From Gemmatimonadota bacterium (GTDB lineage Bacteria; Gemmatimonadota; Gemmatimonadetes; Gemmatimonadales; GWC2-71-9): a stretch of DNA of 64,000 bases. Below, piece after piece: positions 1-7,581 of this stretch (position 1 is its first letter; the number at the start of each line of letters is the position of its first letter). The stretch covers positions 1,545-65,544 of the forward strand of contig JBKPOS010000099.1 in the NCBI GenBank assembly GCA_046733215.1, given 5' to 3'. The notes beneath the pieces are model-generated. The model had not been told where the DNA came from and did no database searches. It saw nothing but the letters and a program-made list of their open reading frames with translations. The translations under genes were made by a program, and so were the position numbers.

Positions 1-253
1 CCCGACGGAGTTACGTCCGTCTTGTGCACCACCGGCTCGGTGTGACCGTCGAGGATTGCGTTCGTCACATCGAGTTCTCGAGGGAACGCCTCACAAAGGA
101 ATTCGAACCGTTTGAACGTGGTGCCCTTCGTGGATCAGGCACGGTGGAAGGCGAGTCCCTTCGTGGTCCATTTTGGCGCGGGAGGGGAGACTTCAGATAC
201 CCGAGGCACCGGCGGGCCGCAACAGGCGGATCGGCCGGCGGCAACCTTGCCGC

Positions 254-1342
254 TCAGAACGAGACCGACCGAAGCCAGCTGGCCGAGCTGACGTTGGCGA
301 GATTCAGCGCGGGCAACTTGGCCCGCAAGTCGCTCATGTTCTTGACCTTGTTTTCCAGCAGAAACGCCTGAGTAACGAGAGCTCCGGGGAACACGACTTT
401 CTTCTTGCCGAGCTGGCCGGATAGCTCCAGGGCGAGGGTGCGGGCGGCCGCGGCCCCGACCTCGCGCGGGTCCGTGGCGGCAGTCGCTTTCCAAGGGCTG
501 TTCTTCTTCGTCATCAGCTCGATGTCGGCATTCGAGATGTCGATCCCGTACACTGCCACTTTGAGCGACAGGTTATTCTGCTCGACGGCGGACAGGGTGG
601 CCTTGGTCAGCTCGTCGTAGGATGCGAAAATCGCTTTCACCTGGGGATGGGCTTTCAGCACGCCGGCAACAAGCGGCGCGTTGTCGGCGGCCAGGGCGTC
701 GGTGAGCTTGCCGATGACGAACTTCTGCTCCCACTTGTGTTCGGTGCGGAACTTCCTCCAGACAACGTCGGGCCGATCGAATGGAGCGATGCCAAACACG
801 GTGACGTAGCCCACCTGGGACCCGTCGCCCACCTCCTTGGCCATCTGGGTGAGCACGAGCGTGGCGAGATTGACATCGTCCTGCGCGGTATGGACCGCCT
901 TGGGGGCACACTGGGTTATCTCGATGCCGTACACCACGACAGCGATACCGGCGTCAGTGGCCCTGCGGATCAGGGGGCACATGGGCCGCGCGAGACCGTG
1001 ATCGACCAGGATGCCTTTGACGCCGGACGCAATGGCCGCGTCCATGTCGCTGGCCTGTTTAGCGGAATCGGCATGCGCGTCGTAGATCTGAATGTCGAAT
1101 CCGGCCGCGTCGCCCTGCTTGCGAGCACCGGCGGTCCACTGCTCGAAGTAGTCACCAGCGCCGCTGTATTGGACGAGGGCGATCTTCACCGGACCTTTGT
1201 CGAAGGGGGCCGGCTGCTCGGCCGACACGGCGCCTGCGCCAGTGCGAGCCCCGTCTTGCTGATGGGTGTCATGGTCCTTGGAGCAGGCGAGCACGGCAAA
1301 CATGGTACACAGACCGAGGTGGGTAATGGTGTTTCGCTTCAT
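254..1342 (-). CDS. Periplasmic sugar-binding lipoprotein (ABC-transporter substrate-binding protein, PBP type I / RbsB-like)
   Basis: ORF 254..1372 is trimmed to ATG 1342. MKRNTITHLGLCTMFAVLAC-SK is a lipoprotein-type signal. The body (VKIALVQYSGAGDYFEQW, GILVDHG, VAVYGIDISNADIELM) resembles ribose/monosaccharide-binding proteins. No permease or ATPase gene lies next to it. Confidence 0.75.
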   Translation of the reverse strand: MKRNTITHLGLCTMFAVLACSKDHDTHQQDGARTGAGAVSAEQPAPFDKGPVKIALVQYSGAGDYFEQWTAGARKQGDAAGFDIQIYDAHADSAKQASDMDAAIASGVKGILVDHGLARPMCPLIRRATDAGIAVVVYGIEITQCAPKAVHTAQDDVNLATLVLTQMAKEVGDGSQVGYVTVFGIAPFDRPDVVWRKFRTEHKWEQKFVIGKLTDALAADNAPLVAGVLKAHPQVKAIFASYDELTKATLSAVEQNNLSLKVAVYGIDISNADIELMTKKNSPWKATAATDPREVGAAAARTLALELSGQLGKKKVVFPGALVTQAFLLENKVKNMSDLRAKLPALNLANVSSASWLRSVSF

Positions 1343-1380
1343 TGAGGCGCCTTTCGAGTTGTAGCCGGCCACCCGGTGGG

Positions 1381-1396
1381 CCGCGCATATGCGCGG
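1381..1396. promoter_or_regulatory. Perfect 16-bp palindrome CCGCGCATATGCGCGG about 40 nt upstream of the sugar-binding-protein start; candidate operator
   Basis: Read directly: 1381-1396 equals its own reverse complement. It lies in the short 5' region of the minus-strand gene that starts at 1342. No cognate regulator was identified. Confidence 0.35.
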
Positions 1397-1470
1397 TGCG
1401 CGCGCTCCGCATCTACGAGGGGACGACGGAGACCCGGCGGTTGACCATCGCGGGGGAGCTGCTCAACCGA
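1393..1470 (+). pseudogene. Remnant of the 3' end of an acyl-CoA dehydrogenase gene (last ~26 codons only)
   Basis: Translation of 1393-1470 is AVRALRIYEGTTETRRLTIAGELLNR. This matches the conserved C-terminal IYEGT-E-RL-IA--LL tail of acyl-CoA dehydrogenases. Nothing ACAD-like lies upstream, because the opposite-strand gene starts only ~50 nt away. The frame also runs on to 1941 without the expected stop. Confidence 0.5.
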
Positions 1471-1752
1471 ACCGTCCCGCTTCAGTTCGCCAATCGGCCT
1501 CTTGGACAGAGGCCGGAGCTCGGGGTCGCAGTCCCTCCAGAGCTCGGCGACTCTGGCATGGCCCCCTGGCCTTCTGCCATTCGCCTCATCGTTCGTAGAT
1601 CTCCGCTAACTTCTTTCTCGTCCTCTGGGAGGTCACTGGGTCGGGGCGTTCCCGCCGCGGGCTGGTTCCACTGTTCACCTGACGATCGAGAAGTATGCCG
1701 GCTTAGCGGTTGCACGGGTAACACCGGGTACGCTAACCCGAACACGCTGCTC

Positions 1753-1779
1753 CCGCATCGAGCCGCCGTGCGGTTTTTT
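1753..1779 (+). terminator. Terminator-like hairpin plus T6 with no intact upstream gene
   Basis: CCGCA (1753-1757) pairs with TGCGG (1769-1773), followed by TTTTTT (1774-1779). It lies in the region with no convincing ORF. Confidence 0.3.
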
Positions 1780-2333
1780 GAGCAAGCGCGGGCAGCCGGA
1801 CAAGCCGACTGGTATATCGACGTTCATCGCAACCCCGCCTCGCGAAGCCGCGCCAGTACGCCATTCCAGCAATTTTTGCTGGCTCGGGACCTAAAGGAGG
1901 GCTGCGGCCGGTTCGCCAGCGCCTTTATTCGAGAATCTTGAAAGTCACTGGGCGGCCGGAGCGGTCAGCAAAACTAATCTCAAATGCAAAGGCGCGTTCA
2001 TCGCTAGAGCCCATCCTCCGAGGCGCGGTCCACGAATATCAGGGGTCATCTGCGAATCTGCGAGTCGGTCGCGAAGCTTGGCGGGAGCCAACAAGAAGGC
2101 GCTGAAGTTGTTAACCGCTACCTGTGTGGGTAGGAACGGCACGACCACCCGCCCCACGTGTTCATGGACACCTACCAGCGTGGGCTACAGGCGCTGGCAA
2201 AGACTCGCACGGGTAACCGTCAGACGGTCACCGTTGTCATCGGGCGGCCAGTTGCCCGATACGTGCCGCCTCGCCCAGCTTCGTACGGGCGGTTAGCGAA
2301 TCGCAACCGCGATTGATGGTCTTTCCTCGAATC

Positions 2334-2702
2334 TCACGCTGCAGGGGCACGTTTCAACGCGAGGTCCACGACCCGCAACAGTGCCTCACTATCAAACGGC
2401 TTCGAAAGAAATCTAGCCGCCCGGAGATCCGATGGGAGGTCAGGCGGCACGTGCCCGGACATGAGTACGACGGGCAAGCCGGCCCATGCGTGGCCAACTT
2501 CCATCGCGAGATCAACGCCGTTCATCCCCGGCATACGGACATCAATGAGAATGAGGTCCGGCTTCGGAGACGAGTGGAGCAACAACAACGCCGTTGCAGC
2601 CGAAGCCGCTTCCCGTACGCGATAGCCTGCCTGCTTGAGCATTCGTGCCGTAATGGCCCGCACGACCATCTCATCATCCACTACCAAGACGGTCCGACCC
2701 AT
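2334..2702 (-). CDS. Single-domain response regulator (CheY-like receiver only)
   Basis: TVLVVDDEMVVRAI, DLILIDVRMPGMNG (phospho-acceptor Asp), LPVVLMSGH and FLSKPF (conserved Lys). No output domain and no kinase nearby. Start set at ATG 2702, with GGAGG 8 nt upstream. The longest ORF starts at 2735. Confidence 0.8.
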   Translation of the reverse strand: MGRTVLVVDDEMVVRAITARMLKQAGYRVREAASAATALLLLHSSPKPDLILIDVRMPGMNGVDLAMEVGHAWAGLPVVLMSGHVPPDLPSDLRAARFLSKPFDSEALLRVVDLALKRAPAA

Positions 2703-2830
2703 CGACATTGCCTCCGCGGTCTGTGCGTAGATCACCTGGCCGAGGACCGCAATAAGTGTCGCAGCAACCGCAGTTCGGGTAGTCGGGAAAACGTGACCGA
2801 TGGGTAAGCGACCGCACTGATCCTACTAAT

Positions 2831-2851
2831 CCTGACAGGTTGTCAGGTTTT
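2831..2851 (+). terminator. Orphan hairpin CCTGACA-GGT-TGTCAGG followed by TTTT
   Basis: Perfect 7-bp stem with a 3-nt loop (2831-2847) and a T-run (2848-2851) on the plus strand. No plus-strand gene ends here. Confidence 0.3.
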
Positions 2852-3059
2852 CGGCGGAAGCCGAACGAGACAACCCTTCGAGCAACGATCGCGAGGGGCA
2901 TGGACCGGCAGGTTTCTGATAAACGACTGGCAACGGCGCTGTCAAACAGTTGTTTAGGGGGGTCGATTTCAGTCGGGAGCGACTCGGGTCGGTGTCGGCA
3001 GCCGGGCTACAATGCAAGCCGATGTGCGCTTCACCCGGATCTACCGCGACTGACCCACT

Positions 3060-4283
3060 TCATGGCAGGAGTCTTTTCGCGATGAGGCCAACGATTCCAG
3101 CTGTCAGGATCACGACAGGCTCCGGGATTCGCTTCACCTTGAGGACAAGCAGGAGCGTCAAGAGGCAAATTGCGACCGTGCCGGCATCGAATAGCGCCCG
3201 CCTCCCCAGCACGAACGCTGCGCCCGCGATGGCTCCGGTCGCCGCTGCCGTAACGCCATCCACGAACGCATGAACCTGCCGGTTTTCGGCGAAACGGCGG
3301 AAGTAGGGCGCCGGGATCACGACGAAGAGATATACCGGCAGGAAGACGCCGAGGGAGGCCACAGTGGCACCGGCAAGTCCGGCGATGAGGTAACCGATGA
3401 ACGCGACTGTGATCACGACAGGCCCCGGCGTGATCATCGCCACGGCGACGGCATCCAGGAATTCTCGTTCACTGAGCCAGCCGAATCGTTGTACGACGCC
3501 ACCGTGCAGGAACGGCACGATCGCCAGACCGCTTCCGAACACGACAGCCCCAGCCTGGGCGAAGAACCAGAAGATCGTCCAGAGGAGGCCGGCTGGCCCG
3601 GTCTTCGCCGCGTTAGCTCCGAGGAACGTTGACGAGAATACCATCGGCGATATCAGGGCCGCCACCTGTCCTCGGGTAAGGCTGCGCGGCCATCCGCGCA
3701 CCGCCATGACCACCAACCCGGATGCCACGAAGAGCGAGAAGATCTCCGACTCGGTCCAGGCGGTCACAAGCGCGCTGATGGCAAAGAGCAGCCAGAGAAG
3801 CCGGTCACGCCCGAGTGTCATTTTCAGCAGCTTGGTCGCGCTGCGGGCAATGATGGCGATGACCGCCGCCCCGATCCCGTAGAACACGCTCTGCATCCAC
3901 GGCAGCCCGCCGAATCGGACGTAGAGCCACGAGATCGCGAGCACCATCAGAAAGGAAGGCGCGATGAAGGCCGCCGCGACGAGCGTCGCCCCAAGTACGC
4001 GCGCGCGAATCCATCCCAGATAAATGGCGAGCTGTGCCGCGAGCGGTCCGGGCGCCAGCTGGGCGAGGGCGAGTCCCTCTTTGTAATCCTGTTCCGAGAT
4101 CCACCGCCGCCGCTCCACGAGATCCCGCTGCATGTAGCCGGTCAATGCGATCGGGCCGCCGAATCCGAAGGCGCCGAGGCGGAGGAAGTACAGCAAAAAG
4201 TCCCGTAAAGGGTACGCCTGGAGCGGGGGGGTCGATGCCGCAGTGCTCGGCGCGCCGTTCTCTGCCTCCACCTGCTGGCTCAT
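3060..4283 (-). CDS. chrA: Chromate ion transporter, CHR family (ChrA)
   Basis: Polytopic membrane protein with the duplicated CHR signature: LRLGAFGFGGPIALTGYMQRDLVERRRWISEQDYKEGLALAQLAPGP in half 1 and FFAQAGAVVFGSGLAIVPFLHGGVVQRFGWLSEREFLDAVAVAMITPGP in half 2. Start moved to ATG 4283 (GGAGG upstream). The longest ORF begins with TTG at 4325. Confidence 0.85.
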   Translation of the reverse strand: MSQQVEAENGAPSTAASTPPLQAYPLRDFLLYFLRLGAFGFGGPIALTGYMQRDLVERRRWISEQDYKEGLALAQLAPGPLAAQLAIYLGWIRARVLGATLVAAAFIAPSFLMVLAISWLYVRFGGLPWMQSVFYGIGAAVIAIIARSATKLLKMTLGRDRLLWLLFAISALVTAWTESEIFSLFVASGLVVMAVRGWPRSLTRGQVAALISPMVFSSTFLGANAAKTGPAGLLWTIFWFFAQAGAVVFGSGLAIVPFLHGGVVQRFGWLSEREFLDAVAVAMITPGPVVITVAFIGYLIAGLAGATVASLGVFLPVYLFVVIPAPYFRRFAENRQVHAFVDGVTAAATGAIAGAAFVLGRRALFDAGTVAICLLTLLLVLKVKRIPEPVVILTAGIVGLIAKRLLP

Positions 4284-4328
4284 TTCACGCTTCGCCTCCC
4301 TGGCCGTCGACCGGCTTCGAGGCAACGC

Positions 4329-5261
4329 TCACGGGGTGGCCGGCTTGCTCTTCGTCCGGTCAAGCGCGGCACGAAGCCCACGGGCGAGCTTCAGCGCGTC
4401 ATCATTGGCCCAGAAGTGCATGAAGAAGAGGCGGGGCTCGTCGGTCAGCATATGGCTGTGGAGCGCCGTGACCTGGATGCCACCGGCCCGAAGCGCCTGA
4501 ATCACCCGATTGACCTCGCCGCCAGCGAGCACGAAGTCCCCGGTGATCGCTGCCTTTCCCCCGCCGGTCGGCTGGAAGTTGATCGCGGTGGCCACGCCCA
4601 TAGAAGGCGGCACCTCCGTGCCCTCGACGCGGACCGGGTCGGCGCGCGGCACGCTGACCTGATATACACCACCGTTCCCCGTGCCGCCGTGACCCAATGT
4701 GGCTGCGATTCGGGTTGTGTCGAGGTCGACTGATGCCGCCGCTGGTGGGGGAGCGGCCGGCGGGGTCCTGGTTAGCGCGAGCGCAGCATGTACCGCTTGG
4801 GCGATCTTGATCGGGTCGCCGGAGGCTTCGATGTGCATGTACATCACGTGAGGCGATTCCTGCAGCAGATGATTATGGAGCGCCGTCTGTGTCACTGCCA
4901 TCTCCTGCAATTTGGTCATCACGGGAGCCACCTCACTCTCGAGCAGGACCAGGTCTCCCATGGCCATGGCGTCGCGCCCCATGCGCTTGAAGGCCACCCA
5001 CCCCCCCAACGCGAGCGCCGGCTTCAGCCTAACAGCACCGATCCTGACCTGAAGATCACTGCGCGGAAAGCTGTACTTGTACACATCACCCGGCTGCGCT
5101 TTGCCCGGCCGACCCATCGCCTGATCGACCGGCTTCCAGTCTGCCGTCGATGCCTGCTCCGGTTTCTGCGCTGTCGCCCGGGCCGCAGTCGCGCACACCA
5201 GCAGAGACGCTGTCACGAACGGGCGGCCGCAGTTCAGCCAATTGTGTCCATTAACTGCCAT
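4329..5261 (-). CDS. Secreted DUF1259 (LppY/LpqO-like) protein with two homologous halves
   Basis: Signal-like N-terminus, then an internal duplication: TQTALHNHLLQESPHVMYMHIEASGDP and QVTALHSHMLTDEPRLFFMHFWANDD. GGAGG lies 5 nt upstream of ATG 5261. The family assignment is from memory of DUF1259. Confidence 0.7.
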   Translation of the reverse strand: MAVNGHNWLNCGRPFVTASLLVCATAARATAQKPEQASTADWKPVDQAMGRPGKAQPGDVYKYSFPRSDLQVRIGAVRLKPALALGGWVAFKRMGRDAMAMGDLVLLESEVAPVMTKLQEMAVTQTALHNHLLQESPHVMYMHIEASGDPIKIAQAVHAALALTRTPPAAPPPAAASVDLDTTRIAATLGHGGTGNGGVYQVSVPRADPVRVEGTEVPPSMGVATAINFQPTGGGKAAITGDFVLAGGEVNRVIQALRAGGIQVTALHSHMLTDEPRLFFMHFWANDDALKLARGLRAALDRTKSKPATP

Positions 5262-5286
5262 CACGTCCTCCTGTTCTAATCATCGA

Positions 5287-6492
5287 TCACCCGGCATAGC
5301 GCTCCTCCACAGTTGCCGCGAAGAGTGCTGTGCCGATTAACCCCACACTGCCCGCGATCGCAAACGGCAGCGCGGGAGTGACCTTCCAGAGTACTCCACC
5401 GAGCGTTGCAGCGGGCGTGATAGCAAGACTGCGAATCAGGTAGTACAGGCCAATCCCGCGGGCTCGGACCGTCGGCTCCACGAGATCGACAATGAGCGCC
5501 TTGCGGGCCGGCTCTCCGATCTCCCGGAGTCCCCCGATGACAAAAGCCAGGGCGAGACCGGCAAACGAATGTGCCAGGATCACTATCATCGGAAACGCGG
5601 CAAACGCGAGAAACGTGGCGATGACAAAAGGCTTCCTGCCAAAGCGGTCGGCGAAGTGAGCGGCCGGGAGATAGCACGCGATTGCGGTAGCCATCTGAAT
5701 GGCGACGAGGAGGCCGAACTGAGGTGCGCTGATGCCGACGACATTGAGGGCATAGAGAACAAGAAAGACATCCACCATTCCTTCGCAGGTCCGGATAAAG
5801 ATGTCCGAAAGCAGCAACCGCCGAAGCGGGCCGGGAATCGTTGTCCACACGTGGCGGACGCCCGGTGAACCGATCGGCGTGGGGAGGCTGAGCCTGATGC
5901 GAGACGCCACCAACGCGGCTGTGCAAGCCACTCCGATCGAGATCACGAGACCAATCCGGACGCCATCCCGCACGCCGCAGGTGGCGATGAGCACGCCACC
6001 GATCGTGGGGGCAATCGCGATGGGTATCCGCCGGAGGATCGACTGCACCGAGAAGCCGAGGGCGCGTCGCCGGGTGGGAAGCGCGTCCCCGATTACGGCG
6101 AACAGCGTGGGGCTTGCCATGCTCGACCACGCCATCACGAGCACAACGCCCGCGACTACGAGGGGCCAGGTAGGGGCGAGGGCGACGACACAGTACCCTG
6201 CCGCGGCGATACAAATGAAAAGCGTGAGCGCTCGCCTTCGGCCGTAGCGATCGCCGACCCAGCCGCCCGGGTACTGATAAATCGCGTCGAAGAAGTCTTC
6301 CGTGCTTCCATATGCGCCGATGGCGACGACCGGCGCGCCCAGCGCTTCGAGGTACTTCGGCAGGAACCGTCTCCAGAGATGTTCCCCCAGTGCCATGAGG
6401 AACATCGAGGCAGCAGCGGCGCCGGTATTCCGATCGAGGGCCAGTCGCGAGGCGCCCCGAGTCGCCCAGCTCTGCGCCTTCGATGAGCTCAT
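5287..6492 (-). CDS. MFS transporter
   Basis: About 12 hydrophobic segments. MFS loop motifs occur in both halves (GDRYGRRRAL and ADRFGRKPF). Start set at ATG 6492, which forms an ATGA overlap with the stop of the upstream ChrB-C gene. The longest ORF starts at 6513. Confidence 0.8.
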   Translation of the reverse strand: MSSSKAQSWATRGASRLALDRNTGAAAASMFLMALGEHLWRRFLPKYLEALGAPVVAIGAYGSTEDFFDAIYQYPGGWVGDRYGRRRALTLFICIAAAGYCVVALAPTWPLVVAGVVLVMAWSSMASPTLFAVIGDALPTRRRALGFSVQSILRRIPIAIAPTIGGVLIATCGVRDGVRIGLVISIGVACTAALVASRIRLSLPTPIGSPGVRHVWTTIPGPLRRLLLSDIFIRTCEGMVDVFLVLYALNVVGISAPQFGLLVAIQMATAIACYLPAAHFADRFGRKPFVIATFLAFAAFPMIVILAHSFAGLALAFVIGGLREIGEPARKALIVDLVEPTVRARGIGLYYLIRSLAITPAATLGGVLWKVTPALPFAIAGSVGLIGTALFAATVEERYAG

Positions 6493-6908
6493 CGGGTCAT
6501 GCGCTGCACCCATGCGTAGAGTCCGTCGTATACCTGATCCGTGAGCACCAGAAGCTCATGATCGTCCTCGATGACCATCCCAAGACCACGGATCACGGCG
6601 TCGAGCCCGGGCGCCTCAGGAGAGCGGAACTTGTCATCGTCTAGATCCGCGTCGTGCACCATGGTCGCCATCTCGTGCAGCGCAGGATCAGCGAGGCCGT
6701 ATTTGAACAGGATCGTCTCGAAGGAGCACCGGCCGTCATGGTGCCCCAGCTCGACACCCCGCATGTCGAACGGCGTCCCTCCAAGCTCGCGAGCGCCGTC
6801 CGGGTCAGGCGCAAATCCAAAGACCGCGTCGCGATCGACAAACCGTCGAATCAGCCAGGCACATGCGGTGCGGTCGATGTGGGGATGCGGCCTAGTGACC
6901 CACAGCAT
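6489..6908 (-). CDS. chrB: Chromate resistance protein, ChrB C-terminal (rhodanese-like) domain as a stand-alone ORF
   Basis: MLWVTRPHPHIDRTACAWLIRRFVDRDAVFGF...GTPFDMRGVELGHHDGRCSFETILFKYGL matches the ChrB C-terminal domain. The ATG at 6908 lies 17 nt inside the preceding ORF. Confidence 0.8.
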   Translation of the reverse strand: MLWVTRPHPHIDRTACAWLIRRFVDRDAVFGFAPDPDGARELGGTPFDMRGVELGHHDGRCSFETILFKYGLADPALHEMATMVHDADLDDDKFRSPEAPGLDAVIRGLGMVIEDDHELLVLTDQVYDGLYAWVQRMTR

Positions 6909-7431
6909 CACGCGCTCCTTCGTTCGGCCCGAGATGCGCTTCGAGTTCCCTCATCGACTCCTCCAGCAATGCCTCAGCGGCAATCCGTCCCGCCGCCCGG
7001 AAGTAGTCCCGCCGTCGCTCGAGGCGAAGCGCCCGGTCGAGCCCTCGCAGCTGTCGTATGGCCTGGGCCAGTCGCGCCGGCTGCAGCTTACGCCGTCGCC
7101 CGATCGCGGCGCGTCGAATGGCTTTGGCCGAAGCAGCGAGCTCTTCGTAGCGCTCGTCTGCCTCGGACCGGAACTGCTGCACCACCCGCCGATCCTGTTC
7201 GGCAGAGAGGCTCTGCGCTTCCCAGGTGAGCGCAGTACCTCCCTGCTCCTCGATTTCTTCTGCCAGCCATTCGAAGGCTTCCCGGGTCTTCGCGTCAGCC
7301 GGTAGAATCCAGAGCGAGTCGTGCAGCAGGGCGGCGCCGATTCGTTTGAGACGTCGCCAGACGGCGAGACGCAGCCGGGTTGGCTCTCGGGGCAGCCGCG
7401 ACGAAAGGAGTATCCAGGTTCCCTGCGCCAT
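6892..7431 (-). CDS. chrB: Chromate resistance regulator, ChrB N-terminal domain as a stand-alone ORF
   Basis: Only the last 179 codons of ORF 6892..8412 are used. ATG 7431 was verified in the sequence (revcomp of ccctgcgccat). LRLAVWRRLKRIGAALLHDSLWILPADAKTREAFEWLAEEIEEQGG resembles the ChrB N-domain. The rest of that long ORF is antisense to the M20 peptidase gene. Confidence 0.7.
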   Translation of the reverse strand: MAQGTWILLSSRLPREPTRLRLAVWRRLKRIGAALLHDSLWILPADAKTREAFEWLAEEIEEQGGTALTWEAQSLSAEQDRRVVQQFRSEADERYEELAASAKAIRRAAIGRRRKLQPARLAQAIRQLRGLDRALRLERRRDYFRAAGRIAAEALLEESMRELEAHLGPNEGARDAVGH

Positions 7432-7438
7432 TGGGGCC

Positions 7439-7466
7439 AATGTAACGATGGTTACATTAGCGGCAA
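7439..7466 (-). promoter_or_regulatory. Candidate leaderless promoter with overlapping operator palindrome for the chr operon
   Basis: The minus strand reads TTGCCG-16 nt-TACATT-7 nt-ATG(7431). AATGTAAC-GATG-GTTACATT (7439-7458) has perfect 8-bp inverted arms. It covers the -10 hexamer and most of the spacer. Confidence 0.45.
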
Positions 7467-7581
7467 GGCTCGGCGGCCCCCGCCAACCACCCGGGTGCCC
7501 GAACCTTGACCTCGACAGCTCGGGCCGATAATGGTGGTTCGCACTGATCACGGCCAATTGGCACAGGATTCGGAGGCGGTC

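Noticed and set aside
1-253. Possible gene at the extreme left edge (ORF 24..371 plus strand, or a minus-strand partner downstream of the sugar-binding gene)
   Set aside because: The translation in every frame lacks recognisable motifs. The plus-strand ORF is largely antisense to the sugar-binding gene. The sequence is too short to support a call.
5276-6214. 312-aa minus-strand ORF inside the MFS transporter gene
   Set aside because: It is an off-frame shadow of the MFS gene. It is Arg-rich, with no membrane segments or motifs.
7558-7575. Sigma-54 -24-like element TTGGCAC upstream of the M20 peptidase gene
   Set aside because: The -12 position reads TCGG instead of TTGC, and the GC dinucleotide is absent at the required spacing. 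It is probably a chance match.
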